Positions 13,361 through 26,910 of a DNA stretch of 64,000 nucleotides are shown piece by piece (position 1 is the stretch's first letter; every line of letters starts with the position of its first letter). The notes under the pieces are model-generated. The model was not told the origin of the DNA, did no database searches, and saw only the letters and a program-made list of their open reading frames with translations. Position numbers and translations under genes: made by a program. The stretch covers positions 67,534,408 to 67,598,407 of the forward strand of contig NC_057718.1 in assembly GCF_004010195.1 (NCBI RefSeq), read 5' to 3'. The DNA is from Chiloscyllium plagiosum (Eukaryota).

Positions 13361-14125
13361 AATTCAGTCTCCTTCAATGTTCTTTAATTTGGACCTTAAC
13401 TCTTCAAACTTTCTTAACATCATTTTTGGTTCTACCTGTGTCATTAACATTGGGGTATCTTAGAGCCTAGAGAATATCAGCCAACTCTATCTGTGATTGA
13501 GGACTTAGTGGAAATGTTCCTTCCAATATTGACTCAGAGTTGCACATTTCAGCCATGGGTCGACATATGAATGAACAGGCTGAGTAAGCACATGGCGCAG
13601 GACATCTCAGGAGTTGGTGAGACCTAGAGTGCAGTTTCTTTCCTTCTCTGTTGCTGGTTTGCAATGCCAGATGGTATTGTCTTCCTTAAGAAGTGAGACA
13701 CCATTCTGTGAATTCTCTATTGTATCAAATGGGGTTTTGTTCACTTTACTTTGGTGCATAGATGGCCTTGGTGGCTTCAAAAAAAGATTTGAACATCATG
13801 AGTCTGGTAGAATCCATGGCCGGTCCTCCATCAGTAGGAGGGCTGCAACAAGCAATCAAAAGGATGGAAAACAATGAATCCTGGAGTCCTGATGGACCTA
13901 TAGTTGGTATTTTCAAAGCTGCTAGGTTTTTGTTTATATCAAATATATATGTATTCACTATATGGATTTGGAAGGAAAAATAACTCACCCCAATTTCAGG
14001 AATTCAACATTTGGAATGACTTCAAGAAGGGAGATGAATTATGCTGTGTAAACCAGCAAAATATTTCTCCTTTGATCGTGGCAAAGAAAATCCTGATATA
14101 CATTCTCCTGAATTGTCTACTTATT

Positions 14126-14445
14126 CATAGAATCCCTACAGTGTAGAAATAAGCCATTTAGCCGAACAAGTCCACATCGACCCTCCAAAGAGTAGCCCAC
14201 CCAAACCCACATTTCCCCTAACTAATTCACCTAACCTACACATCCCTGAACACTTTGGGCAATTTAGCATGGCCAGTTCACCTAACCTGCACATCTTTAG
14301 ACTGTGGGAGGAAACTGGAACACCTGGAGGAAACCCACGCAGACATGGGGAGAATGTGCAAACTCCACACAGACAGCCGCCCGAGGTTGGAATCAAACCC
14401 AGGTCCCTGGCATTGTGAGGCAGCAGTGCTAACCACTGAGCTACC
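14126..14445 (-). mobile_element. HE1-type tRNA-derived SINE
   Basis: Minus strand head tagctcagtggttagcactgctgcctcac with B-box-like ggtttgattcc; tgtggagtttgcacattctccc body; CR1-like tail. Confidence 0.9.
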
Positions 14446-14948
14446 GAAAATCATGCCAAAGACACACTGTGACTTTTGACTTTCCAGAGGAATATCTGAC
14501 ATGGTCTTTGTTGCCATAAAAATCCAAGAAAAATGCCAATAACAACACCAGGACTTGCGTGGCTTTGTGCATCTTCTCTGAAGAATTTGATGCCTAAAAA
14601 CTTCACCACAATCCTAAAACTGCTTCATGATGATTTCATTGCAACTATTGTGATTGGGAGATCTGAAACAGATGCCTTTAAAATCCAGCCTGTGGTGTTA
14701 TATTTTCCATTCTGCACCAGATTTGAAATTAGAGAAACCTAGCAGGTCTGCCAACATCTGTGGAAAGAGAAATAGAAGTTAGGTCAGTGTTTCAAATGCA
14801 ATATGATTCTTCTTTAGACCCATCAGTATAAATTGGATGAGAGACTCTGGGATATGTTGAGCACTTCCCGTGCCTTGGCAACCATCTCTCTAAAGGCCAC
14901 CAATAACAAGGAAATCAGCTGTGTTAACTCAGCCTTCTACAAAATATG

Positions 14949-15175
14949 AGAGAAAGTGAGGACTGCAGATGCTGGAGAGTCAGAGTCAATAAGTGTGTTG
15001 CTGGAAAAGCACAGCAGGTCAGGCAACATCTGAGGAACAAGAGAGTTGATGTTTCAGGCATAAGCCCATCATCAGGAATGCAATCCTCATGAAGGGCTTA
15101 TTCCCGAAACATCGACTCTCCTGCTCCTCGGATGCTGCCTGACCTGCTGTGCTTTTCCAATGCCACATTTTTTGA
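14949..15175. mobile_element. Fold-back PLE-derived short element with 15-bp TSD
   Basis: Inverted arms around ~15080; TSD cttctacaaa(a/g)tatg at 14934-14948 and 15176-15190. Confidence 0.85.
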
Positions 15176-16046
15176 CTTCTACAAAGTATGGTAGTAAGTA
15201 TTTGACTATAAAGATCTCTGCAAGTTCAAAGAAGTCCAAGTGTCTAAAAGCACTAGAGAAATGACACCAGCAATGGTGCTTCCTCTTATGGGACAACCAT
15301 TGAGTGATTGCTAATGTCCTCTTAAAGACAGCTCTACAAACAACAAAATCCCTGGAAAGCCAATTACAATAGACTGCACACTGAGTTTGCATGGCTGCAA
15401 GAAGTCTCCCCACGCAATTTTCTCAAAGCTTTGACAGCCAACATTCCGGAGGAGAGCACAGAAAACACTACAAATAGATCCTGGAATTATCTTTGAAGTG
15501 CAGGAAAATTAACATTAATGATTAGGAAGGCTGTCATAAGTTGTTCAAGATGACAACAATTTGTCCATTAAGCTGTATCATGCTTCGAGTCCAACCACTT
15601 TTGTTGAGGAGATCTCCTTACCCTGGTCCTGTGCAAGCAATACAAGAGTCAGAATTCCCAAATGGGGCTGCAGAGAACTGCATCTATCCATCTGACAAAT
15701 TTGTTCGCAAGTGGATTTTGATTGATTTGAGGCATGGCCACAGGAATGCACCAGAGAACAGTTAATTCCCATGCATTTGTTAAACTGAAACCATGCCAGT
15801 CAAGTCTGAAAGGTCAAGACATTGCCATGGGGAATTCCACAGGAAATGTTTGTTCCCAAATTTTGTTTAATTTTAAAAGACACAACACATGAATGTGTTT
15901 CTTTGTTTGCAATGGACAAGTCCCTACATATTGATTAATCGAGCTTCTAGCAAGTATGCTTGAGCCTGACTGACAATTTCTGAAACAGTCGCATTTGTTT
16001 AGCAAGTGCAGTCCAATCACAGAATCACATTTAGTGTTACATAAAA

Positions 16047-16420
16047 ACATAGAAGATAGGATCAGAACTAAGCCATTTGACCATTCAAGCCTACTCTGCC
16101 ATTCAATATGATCATTGAGTTCAACATCCTAATCCTGTCCTCCCCCCATATCCCTTCCTTTCTTTGAATACAAGAGCTAGATGTACCGCCTTCTTGAAAA
16201 TACATAAGGTTATGGCCTCAACCACTTTGTATGTGGTAATTACTTCCACTGTCTGGGTGAATAAATTTCTCTCATCTCAGTCCTAAAAGGTTTACCCTAA
16301 TCCTTAAACATGACCTGGTTCTGGCCTACCCCACCATCTGGAACATCTTTCCTGCATCTAACCTGTCTAGTCCTGCCGGAATTTTATAGATTTCTATGAG
16401 ATCCTACCCTGATTCTTCTA
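16047..16420 (-). mobile_element. CR1 3' fragment
   Basis: CR1 3' UTR plus ORF2 end. Confidence 0.8.
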
Positions 16421-16422
16421 AA

Positions 16423-16778
16423 TCAAGAGTGCGGTGCTGGAAAAGCTCAGCAGGTCAGGCTGCATCTAAGGAGGAGGAGAATCGATGTTTTAGGCATAAG
16501 CCCTTCATCAGGAATGAGGCTTGTGGGCCGGGGGGGCTGAGAGATAAATGGGAGGGGGGTAGGGCTGAGGGCAAGGTAGCTGAGAATGTGATAGGTAGAT
16601 GAAGATGGGGGAGACGATGATAGTTCAGAGAGGCGGGTGGAGCGGATAAATGAGAAAGAGGATGGACAGGTCAAAAGGGCAGTGCCGAGTTGGAGGCTTG
16701 GGACTGAGATCAGCTGGGGGGAGGGGAAATGAAGAAACTGGTAAAATCCACATTAATCCTGTGTGGTTGCGGGGTGCC
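16423..16778 (-). mobile_element. PLE 3' region, same family as 1-538
   Basis: Reverse complement resembles 350-538 and continues into the cctgatgaagggcttatgcc terminal motif. Confidence 0.85.
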
Positions 16779-17277
16779 TAGCCTATTATTTAACCTCAAT
16801 CAACACCACAATAAAAGAATATCTTAGCATAACTGCTCAAGACAGGCAATTCAGCCCATCAAGTTATGCTGTCTCTATATGCAGCAATCCTGTCAGTCCC
16901 ACTCCCCTGTTCTCTCCTTGTTTCCCCCAGAAGTTTATTTCCCTCAACATTTCCTTTTGAAATTATTGATCATCTCAAGTTTCCAGCCCCTCATGAACAG
17001 CATTCCAAATCATTACCACTTACTGCAGAAAAATATCGCAACTTACCCTCACCTCCTCGCACACACACACACCTCACCCCAGAACTCTGTGTCCCCTCAT
17101 CCTGGTAGCATCGACAAATAGAAATCTGCTAGTTATTGAAATCTGAATATTTGATTGCTGATGTTGTCCAAGTGGAGATGAATTACACCTCTGTCCCCAA
17201 CATGTTTGTTGTTCAAATGGTGTCCCAAAGGATGAAAAACTTTAGCTTTGTATGGCAGTGGAAGGAGTTCCTTGAAT

Positions 17278-17402
17278 ATGAAGAAGGGCTTATGCCCAAA
17301 ACGTCGATTCTCCTGTTCCATTGATGCTGCCTGACCTGCTGCGCTTTTCCAGCAACACATTTTTAAGCTCTGATCTCCAACATCTACAGTCCTTACTTTC
17401 TC
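17278..17402 (+). mobile_element. PLE terminal arm
   Basis: gaagaagggcttatgcccaaaacgtcgattctcctg...gcttttccagca. Confidence 0.8.
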
Positions 17403-18349
17403 CTATCTGGCATAAAGTGTCTGATATTCACGGGTTTTCATGATTTGCTTGAGGAGGTAATGTCCAACGCTAGTTCTGCTTAATACCTGAGAAAAGATGA
17501 GCACAGTATATTTTATGTCTTGCAAACTGGGGCTGGTTGGGTGCAAGCAATACTCTGCCTTGTTTCAGTGATACTCAATTTCAACTATAGAGCCACTTTT
17601 TGTATAATTTCTCTTTTGCTCTTCATCCTCTCCTCCCTCCATTTTTTTTGCTCTTTTCTCTATTTTGATAAAGGGTCATGAACTGAAATTTTAACTTCAT
17701 TTTTCTATCCACAAATGCTGCCTGACCTGTTAAATATTCCAGCGTAATTTGGTTAAATTTCACATTTCAAATCCTTCTTCGAAATGAAGTCTTAATAATG
17801 CAAAGGATTTGGACTGATATGAGTCAGTATCCTCCGGAAATGAAGAGATGCATTTGGCAATTGAGAATAAGTCTGTTTTTTTAGAGAACATTCTATTACT
17901 GTTTTAGGAATACAATATTCTGACTACTTTGGGCGAATGTAGGACATTTCGAGGATGTGTTTAAATAGTCAAATTGCTTTTGTCATCTAGATTTGTGTCA
18001 TGGTTTTGTAATAGAATGATTTCTGTAATGTATTGATTTGTATTCATTGTTTTCTGAGCTACTGCTTATCAGCTGTTTATTTTAGTCCAAAGATTTATAA
18101 ACATACAACCTAAAATGTTATGACTCAGGACTGACTTAAATTTGTTTGGCTGCTTCAGTTAATTATATGCTGAGGCCTAAGTTAGTTTCAGCAACTGCAC
18201 TTGTCCATAAAAATTTCTAACACTAAAATTCAAGTAGTTACAATTTTAATTTGAATGGCAAATTTTGATGCCAATTTCTGTAAATGTAATTCAAGGGATT
18301 TTGTGAGTTAATCTGCTGGGGAGATATCCAATTTGTTAAAATTAGAATT

Positions 18350-20105
18350 ATAGAGTCATAGAATCATACAGCACAGAAACAGACCCTTCAGTCCATGCCG
18401 ACCATAATCCCAAACTTAACCAATCCCACCTGCCTGCGCTCGGCCTATAACCCTCCAAATATTTTTTGTTCATGTACTAATGCAAATATCTTTTAAATGT
18501 TGTAACTGTATCCACTACTTTCTTTGAAAGTTCATTCCAAACACGAACCACTCTGTGTAAAAAAAATTGCCTTTTTAAAATCTTTCTCCTCTCACCTTAA
18601 AAGTATGGCCTCCAGTTTTGAACTCAACCACCCTAGGGAAAGACCCTTGTCATTGACCTTATCTATGCCCTTCATGATTTTATAAATCTCTATAAGGTCC
18701 CTCTTCAAACTCCTATGCTCAGTGAAAAAAGTTCCAGCCTCTCCTTATAATTCAAATCTTCCATTGCAGCAAGATCCTGATAAATCTTTTTCTGAACCCT
18801 CTCCAGCTTAATAATATCCTTCCTATAACAGGGTGACCAGAACTGGACAATTACACCAGAAGAGGCTTTACCAAAATCCTGTCCAAACTCAACATGACAT
18901 TCATTACATAGAAAACAGTAGCAGGAATAGGCCACATGGATTTTGAACCTGCTGTGCCATTCATTATGATCATAGCTGATGATCTGATTCAAATGATCCC
19001 ATTTTTCCCCGTATCATTTGATCTCTTTAGCTCACCTCCATCTAGAGTCATACAATGGCTTGGGTTTGACTGTTTTCTGTGGCAGACAATTGTGTAGGCT
19101 CACCACTATCTGGGTGAAGAAATGTCTTCTCATCTCAGTCCTCAATGGTCTCTACCATATCCTTAGACTGGAACTCCTGGGTTTTGGACTCTCCTGTCAT
19201 CGGGAACATACTTCCTGTATCTATCCTGTCTATTCCTGTTAAAATGTTATAGGTTTTCCTGAGATCTCCTGTCATTATTCTAAACTCCAGTGAACATAAT
19301 CTTAACAGATTCAACCTTTCCTCATACAGCAGTCCTGCTATCCCAGAAATCAATCTGATAAAACTTTGTTGCACTTTCTCTATAGCAAGAATGTCCTTCA
19401 TCAGCCAAAGAGAACAGAATTCCACACAATATGCTGTGTCTGACCTCAATTGGAGCAAGACATCCTTCCTCCTGTACTTGAATCCGCTTGCTATGAAAAC
19501 CTATATACCTTTTGACTTGTTCACCACCATGCTACGCCTGCATGCTTACTGCCTGCCTTTCAGAAAAAGATCTGTTTATTCCTACTACTTGTTTCCTGTC
19601 TGCCAACTAGTTTTCTATCCATGTCAACATACTACCCCGTTCCCATGTGCTTTAACTTTACATGCTAATCGCTTCTGTGGGATTTTGTCAAAAATCTTCT
19701 GAAAATCTGATAAACTAGGTCCACTGGGTACTCCTCATTATCTTTTGGAATTACATTCGTTAAGAATTCCAATGGATTTATCAAGCATGGTTTCCCTTTT
19801 GTAAAACAATGCTGACTCTATCTGATCCTGCCACTGTTCACCAAATGGTCTTTTATAGTAAACTCTAGCATTTTACCCACTATTGATGTCAAACTGACTG
19901 ATTCATAATTCCCTGTTTACTCTCTGTTTCCCTTTTTAAATAGAGGGGTTGCATTAGCTACAGTCCAATCTGTTGGAACTGTTCCAGACTCAATAGAATC
20001 CTGGAAGATAACTATTAATGCATCTGCTATTTCTAGGAACACTTCGTTATCTACTCTGGGATATGGATCATCAGGCCTTGGGGATTTATTTGTCTTCAAT
20101 CCCTG
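18350..20105 (-). mobile_element. Two adjacent CR1 fragments (18350-18898; 18905-20105)
   Basis: ORFs 18705-18992, 19135-19458 and 19917-20099 (KSPRPDD..WTVANATPLFKKG); two separate 3' tails. Confidence 0.9.
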
Positions 20106-20109
20106 TAGT

Positions 20110-21190
20110 TTTCAGCTGTTGTTTGATGTCACATGGAGTGCTTTGAAATAGCTGACGACGGACATTATTGGTGTTGAGATCTGCAGAAGGAGGCCAAATG
20201 ACATTTCTGGCTGAAAATTGTTGTAAATTCTTTAGTATCTTGTAGTGATGTCCTGGGCTTCTTATTCAGGACATCTGTGGAATCGCTTCTACTGCTTAGT
20301 TGTTTAATTGCCCACCGCTACATATAACTGGATCTGGCAAGACTGCAGAGTTTCAATCTGAGCCATTGGTTATAAGGTGTTTACACTGTTTAGCATGCAT
20401 ATAGTCCTGTATAGTAGTTTCACCAGACTGACTCCTCATTTTTAACTCTTCCCAATGTTGTTCCTGGTATGCACTCTTGCGTGCCACTTCGAACCAAATT
20501 TGATCTTCTGACCTGTTGGAAATTATACAGTGAGGCATACACCAGTCCATGAGATCAAAGATTGTGACTGAATACATTTTTACTGCTGCTATACTCCAAA
20601 ACGTCATGGATGCTTATTATTGAGCTGTTAGATCTACTCTGATTCTTCTTCATATAGCAAGGTAACATTAGCACACAACTCAGTGGAAGGCATGCTCACT
20701 GTGAAGAAAGAATTTAATTTCAATCAGAACTGTGGTGCAGTCACTCCTAGCAATATTTTTAGAAGCAACTCCAAAACATAAATTGATGAGGATGCGATCA
20801 AGCAGTTTTTTACTTTTGTTGACTCTCTCATCATTTGCTTCAGGTCCAGTCTGCCAAACATGCCCTTCAGTATCCAGTAAGTAATGGTGCTTCTGAGTCA
20901 CTCTTGGCGATGGGCAGTGAAGACCCAAATTAAGGGTAGGTTATGTGCTCGTGCTACTCTCAATGGTACATCAAAATGATGTTCAACATGCAGATATACT
21001 GGTTTCTCAGCTGAAAGAGAACATTATTTGATTTCCTTATTCACATTTGGTCGGATGCCATGATGTCATGTTTCCTTTCCCTGAAGGACATTAGCAAACT
21101 AGTTTTTTTATTCCAGACTTAGCATGGTTAATTTCCCTAGGTGGTGTAGTGACATTTGAACTCATGACCCAAATGTTCCAGTCCACAGAT
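20110..21190 (-). mobile_element. Old CR1-group LINE EN region with SINE-like 5' head
   Basis: Reverse complement resembles 32470-34500. Confidence 0.55.
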
Positions 21191-21194
21191 TGAC

Positions 21195-23345
21195 AGAGTC
21201 CAGATGTACAAGAAATTCATAAAGTTAGATCATATGGGATTCAGGGTGAGCTTACCAATTGGATACAAAATTGGCTTTATGGCAGAAGACAGGGTGGATG
21301 GGTTTTTTTCAGTCTGCAAGCTTATTACCAGCTGTGTTCCATAAGGATTGACGTTGGGTCCATTTTTGCTTATCATTTATATAAATGATTTCGATTAAGA
21401 TATAAAAGGCATGCTTACTAAGTTTGTGGATGACACCAAAATTGTTGGTATAGTGAACAGTGCAAAAGGTTATCTAAGATTACAAAGAGATTGTGATCAT
21501 TTGGATCAATTGCCAGGTGGAGTTTAATTTGGGTAAAAAAAAGAGCAGCCCAAATACAATTATAAATACAGCTTTGGGCAGTTTTAATGAACAGAGAGAC
21601 TGAGGGGTTCAGGTACAACATTTTTTGAATTTTGCATCACATATAAACAGGGTGCTTCAGAAGGCATTTAGCACCCTTGCCTTCATTGCCCAGACCTCTG
21701 CGTATAGGAGTTGGGATATCATATTGAGGTTGTACAGGATGTTGGTGAGGTCACTTCTGGAACACTTTGTTCTTGTCTGGTCTCCCTGTTTTAGGAATGA
21801 GGGTTCAGAAAAGATTTACCACAAAGTTGTCAGGAATAAAGGGTTTGAGTTATAAAGAGAGGCTGGATAGTCTGGGACATTTTTCACTGGAGCATAAGGG
21901 GTCGAGAGGTGACCTTATCGGAGTTTGTAAAATCATGAGGGGCATGGATAAGGTGAATGGCAGGTGTCTTTTCCCTAGGGCGGGGGATTTCAAGACTAGG
22001 GAGCATATTTTTAAGGTAAGACGAGAAAGATTTAATAAAGACATGATGGTCAACCTTTTACACAGACAGTGGTTTATGTGTGGAATGAACTTCCAGAGGA
22101 AGTTTTGCATATAGTTCTAATGTTTTAAATTAAACTTGGATAAGCAGAACAAAGAACAAAGAAAATTACAGCACAGGAACAGGTCCTTCGGCCCTCCAAG
22201 CCTGCGTCAATCCAGATCCTTGATCTAAGCCTGTCGCCTATTTTGTAAGGATCTGTACCATTCTACTCCCTGCCCATTCATGTATCTGTCTAGATGCATC
22301 TCAAATGGCGCTATTATGCCTCCACTGGCAACACCTTCCAGGCACCCACCACCCTCTGCGTACAAACCTTCCACGCATATCTCCCTTAAACTTTTCTCCT
22401 CTCACCTTGAACTTGCGACCCCTAGTTATTGAATCGCCCACTCTGGGAAAAAGCTTCTTACTATTCACCCTGTCTATATCTCTCATGATTTTACAGATCT
22501 CAATCAGGTTTCCCCCCCACTTAACTTCCATCTTTCTAATGAAAATAATCCTAATCTACTCAATGTCTCTTCATACCTAGTGCCCTTCATACCATCCTGG
22601 TGAACCTCCTCTGCACCCTCCCCAAAGCATTCACATCCTTTTGGTAATGTGGTGACCGGAAGTGTATACAGTATTCCAAATGTGGCTGAACCAAAGTCCT
22701 ATAGAACTTTAACATGACCTACCAACTCTTGTACTCAATACCCCATCCGATGAAGCAAAGCATGCCATAATGCCTTCTTGACCACTCTACTGATCTGTGT
22801 TGCCACCTACAGGGTACAATAGACCTGAACACCCAGATCTCTTTGTACATCAATTTTCCCCAGGACTTTTCCATTTACCGTATAGTTCGCTCTTGAATTG
22901 GATCTTCCAAAATGCATTCACTCGCATTTGCCAGGATTGAACTCCATCTACCATTTCTCTGCCCAACTCTCCAATCAATCAATATTCTGCTGCATTCTCT
23001 GACAGTCCCCTTCACTATCTACCACTCCACCAATCTTAGTGTCTTCTGCAAACTTGATAATCAGACCTTCCCTCAGATCATTTATGTATATCACAAACAA
23101 CAGTGGTTCCAGCACAGATCCTTGTGGAACACCACTGGTCACAGTTCTTCATTTTGAGAAACCCCCTTCCACTACTACTCTCTGTCTCCTGCTGCCCAAC
23201 CAGTTCTCTATCCATAATGGGAATTATTTAGGGGGATATGGGCCAAGCGCAGGCAAGTAGACCAGTCTAGTTTGAAATTATCATCGGCATGGACTGGTTG
23301 GACTGAAAGGTCTGTTTTTGTGCTGTATGATTCTATGACTCTATG
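21195..23345 (+). mobile_element. CR1 RT 3' half, split by an inverted CR1
   Basis: KFVDDTK, RGDLIGVCKIMRG; resumes at ~23217 (GYGPSAGK) and ends in a ctatga-repeat tail. Confidence 0.9.
22146..23216 (-). mobile_element. CR1 nested in CR1
   Basis: ORF 22301-22531 IEICKIMRDIDRVNSKKLFP; own 3' tail near 22146. Confidence 0.9.
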
Positions 23346-23349
23346 ATTA

Positions 23350-24900
23350 AGAGGTCCCTATATATCTCCTGAGCTGTTAACTCTACCCCCTAAGATGGCT
23401 GCTATGGACATAAAGGACTGATGATAACCCACTCCTAGAACAAAGAGGAACAGGCCTCCTGACCGATCAAAGACCACACCGTGACCAATCCCCTGGACTG
23501 ATAAAGAAGGTTGCCTTTGACTTACTATGTCAGGAACCTTTGACTGACGGGTGAATCCGTGGATTTTGGAGACGGCTACTCCTCTAAGACTTTAATGTGT
23601 CTGCCTGTTTGCTGAACATGCAGTGTTCAGATGTGAGATTGATGTTGCACACTGCAATACAGCAAGATGTACATACCCTTGACTGAGGATTGCTGACCAG
23701 CAAGGCCACCTTGCCGGGTTGCATGACCATGCTAATCAACATGGCAAGGAAAGGCATGGATGCTGCAGGCATGCAGGTAACCACTAAGTTAATGTGCACT
23801 AAGAAAACAAATGAACAGCCCTGAAATGCAGCCTCGTCTAATCTATGAGCTGGGTAACTGTGCCTGTGTGTAAAGAGTTCCTGCTGCAGCTTTTTAATGC
23901 TAGCCACGAGGCCACTCTGCAATGACAGAATGCAAAGCCTGAGCACAGGTCCAAGAAGCCCTAAGATGGTCATGAGAGGTTGCCAGATGCTACACGTCAA
24001 TGTCCATGGAAGAAGGGTGCTGTGGCTGGTGTCCTCGAATCATCCACTGGAGTGTGATCTGATTATAGGCAACCAGGTGGTTGTTAAGAGCAAGTGGCGA
24101 GTTGAATCCACAGATATGTGTTCTGGTTTCCTTGTTTTCTCAATGTCCACCTTGTTTGGTGAGTTTTGTAAGATGTCTGAATATTAATGAAACAACAAGG
24201 TGTTCAACAACAACAATCCTCATCAATTGGTAACACAGCTGCAAAGCAAAAATCATGCCATGCTGCTTGTGAGAAGCATAAAAGATGGTGCAAGTTCTTC
24301 CCAACTTTTAGAAGGGTTTTGCTGGGCTTCTCATCTAAGTCTCGCACACATCTTGCTGTAGCCCAGTCACTCAGACCCCAATAAGATTCCATCCACAGTC
24401 ATTACATTATGCAGGTCTCCCCCACAGCAGTATGTGCATTATCATTGGCTACTCTTCTGATATCGACCCACTCCTAGAGTGATTTTCTTCTCCTGGAGGT
24501 TTTGTTTCTGTTGAGAGAAGTGTTGCCATGGAAACTGTTTTTGCTGATCCATTTCTGTTACTGAAGTATAGTAGATCTCTGGAACTGATGATCTTTCTGC
24601 ACACTGTACAAATGCTGAGATCACTCCTTGCCTGCAGTGAAAACTTAGCTTTTCTAGATATACGACATACAATACGATTCACTGCATATAACCTGGTTGA
24701 TGGTATTGGCTGAAGAATGAACATTGACCAAGAGACCTGAAGAATGCACAGCTTTTCTTCCAACAGAATCAAGGAATCTTTTATGTCCAGATAAGCAGAG
24801 GGAACAAAAACTCAGTGTAATGTCTTCTCTGAAGGAAGCCACCATACTTTAGAACAAATGTCAGCCAAGGGTTTGTGCTTGTGTCTGCTTTAGATGTATT
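23350..24900 (+). mobile_element. Very old RTE-like LINE remnant (tentative)
   Basis: MLRSLLACSENL ~ VLSTLLYGSETW; LHITW; NRIKE...AEGTK ~ RIPK..LYG.LAEG.R; multiple stops. Confidence 0.4.
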
Positions 24901-24989
24901 GGCATCTAAGGCTGACATCCCTATTCTGTCAGCACTTCTATGGGTACTGCTAGTGAATCAGGAATTATCTGCTCAAATGGTAATCCTCA

Positions 24990-25120
24990 TAATTGAAATA
25001 ATGTAAGGATGGGTCTGGAAGATTTCAGGTGATGATGGGGTTGTGACTATTTCCTTTGACAGGTTGTTCCATTATGGAATTGTTTATGGGAAGAAAGATT
25101 GCTGTTAGACTGCCTTGCGA
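24990..25120 (-). mobile_element. LINE (CR1/L2 group) ORF2 C-terminal fragment
   Basis: Minus strand QQSFFP*TIP*WNNLSKEIVTTPSS. Confidence 0.6.
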
Positions 25121-25126
25121 AACGAA

Positions 25127-26785
25127 GGGCTGAATCTTACGGTTTTATGGCATTGAGATCGGTGGAGTGATTCTTGCAACAGCCGAGCATATTTTCTCGC
25201 CATACCTTACCAAATTTTCCACATCACTTGGAATTTCAGCCCTTATGGCAAGTATCACAACAGATTTCCATTACATCTTTTCATGCGCCTTTCCTAACTC
25301 ACAGTCACTGGAGAACACAGCGTTCCCATAGTTAAAAGGCCATTGTGCAGCCAGCCAATCACTGTCAATGCGAAGTTGCCCTGCATGGTTCCTGACATTT
25401 ACCCTAGATGTAACAGTTGGGAGATATTACTATCCTGCTTTGCGAATATCATCCTTCAGTTTCTGGTGGACAGGCTAGTGTACAGGTGGGACTTCCATCT
25501 TTTCCAGGATCAGCACTGGAGGAAACTACTTTGCTAGCCTCATCCAAGATTGCCACCTGGATTAGAGCAGTCATAGACATCAAGAGAAAGCTTCAACACT
25601 CTATGAAGAAGGTCAATATTCTTCTCTATTGGAGGCATAGGTGCCTTCATCTTCCCTCTAACACTTCACACTTACTTTATCGCTTCTACTGTACCCTTTA
25701 AGATTCATGCTTTCCCCCTCTCACAAATGCCTGCAACATCTTCCCCACTCCCGGAAGTGGCGATCAACAGGTGAAAGCTCTGCAAGTGATTGCACAACTG
25801 TACAGCTGAGAAGAACTATTGCTGACAACCATGACAATGTTCTTGGCTTTATGGCTGTGCTAAATAGCATGACAAGATGGTAGCATTAGGAGCCTGGTAA
25901 CTTGAGATGCGGGGCTAATATGCAAAAAGACAAGGCCACGCAAGGTGGAGATGTGGCAAGTGGCCTGGCTCAGAGTGAGTACTAAAGCAATGAAAGAAAA
26001 GCCCCACACATGCGACCTGGTCCAATCCACAGGCTGGGTGTGCATTTGTGAATGCGAATTGCTCCTGCTGCATTGGAATGATAATTGCTGATGTAACCTG
26101 AGGTGAAACATCGAAGCATCCTGGAAGTGGATTGGACATGTACCATGGCTGACGTGTCAGATGCCAATATCTGTGGACGTAGGGTGCATGTGCCTGTGCC
26201 CATGGAGCTTACCTGAAATGTTGATGCTGGTGTCCAATGTGGATGCCTTTTATAGCAAGTGTCAAAAAGTGTGGCGCTGGAAAAGCACAACAGGTCAGCA
26301 GCATCCAAGGAGCAGAAGAGTCGACATTTTGGGCATAACGCCTTCATCAGGAATCCAAAATGCCGGCTGTCCTGCTCCTTGGATGTTGCCTGACCTGCTG
26401 TGGTTTTTACAGCGCTACACTTTTCAACTTTGACTCTCCAGCATCTGCAGTCCTCACTTTCACTTTTTTATAATTGAATCCACCAAAACCGACCTTTCCA
26501 TAGTTTCCAAGCCAAGGTTTCTTAGTGACTAGTTTGTGTGGTGAGTTTGGTAAGATGACAATCCGTGGTGAGTTAGGCTGTTAATAAGGCATTAAACAAA
26601 CAATAATATGTGCCAACTGGCAATTCGCCACTACCTACCAAGAATCGCCAAACCACTTGAGAATAGCATATCAAAGGAGATGAGATAATCTTAACATCAT
26701 GATGTGCTTCACTGAATATCTGTCCTGATTCTACCAGACATCTCGCTGCAGACCATATCACTCAGAATCCTTTAAGATTCCACCC
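25127..26785 (+). mobile_element. PIF/Harbinger-like non-autonomous DNA transposon with Myb/SANT-like remnant
   Basis: Imperfect TIRs GGGCTGAATCTTA (25127) and TAAGATTCCACCC (ends 26785), 11/13 match; 25430-25630 reads CFANIILQFLVDRLVYRWD...KIATWIRAVIDIKRKLQHSMKKVNILL. Confidence 0.65.
26260..26465. mobile_element. Fold-back PLE-derived short element nested in the Harbinger-like element
   Basis: ctggaaaagcacaacaggtcagcagcatcc ... ggatgttgcctgacctgctg inverted arms. Confidence 0.8.
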
Positions 26786-26910
26786 ATGGTCTTTGTATCT
26801 TGTGTGGATGCATATAAATATATATACTTATTGTCATTGCCAGAGGGCACTGTGTTCCTGTCAGTTCCAACCACAGCATAAAATATTTGATAGTGTATTT
26901 TTTCCCCAGC

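Larger units (their letters stand above)
13770..15760 (+). mobile_element. Decayed RTE-clade LINE RT, interrupted by HE1 and PLE insertions
   Basis: PPSVGGLQQAIKRMENNESWSPDGPIVGIFK; THCDF..SRGISDMVF..IQEKC; C-terminal HSGGEHRKHYK resembling the RTE tail. Confidence 0.7.

Noticed and set aside
13465..13630. Unique-looking plus frame REYQPTLSVIEDLVEMFLPILTQS
   Set aside because: Internal stop, weak splice sites, no recognisable homology
14390..14445. tRNA-like A/B boxes here and in other copies
   Set aside because: These are SINE heads, not tRNA genes; no complete cloverleaf
16483..16516. Hammerhead motifs in older PLE arms (also ~15090, 17280, 26330, 39220, 60040)
   Set aside because: Core or stem positions are mutated (often CpG decay); not listed as ribozymes
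23584..24845. Several minus-strand ORFs suggestive of host exons
   Set aside because: Better explained as antisense frames of a decayed plus-strand RTE-like LINE
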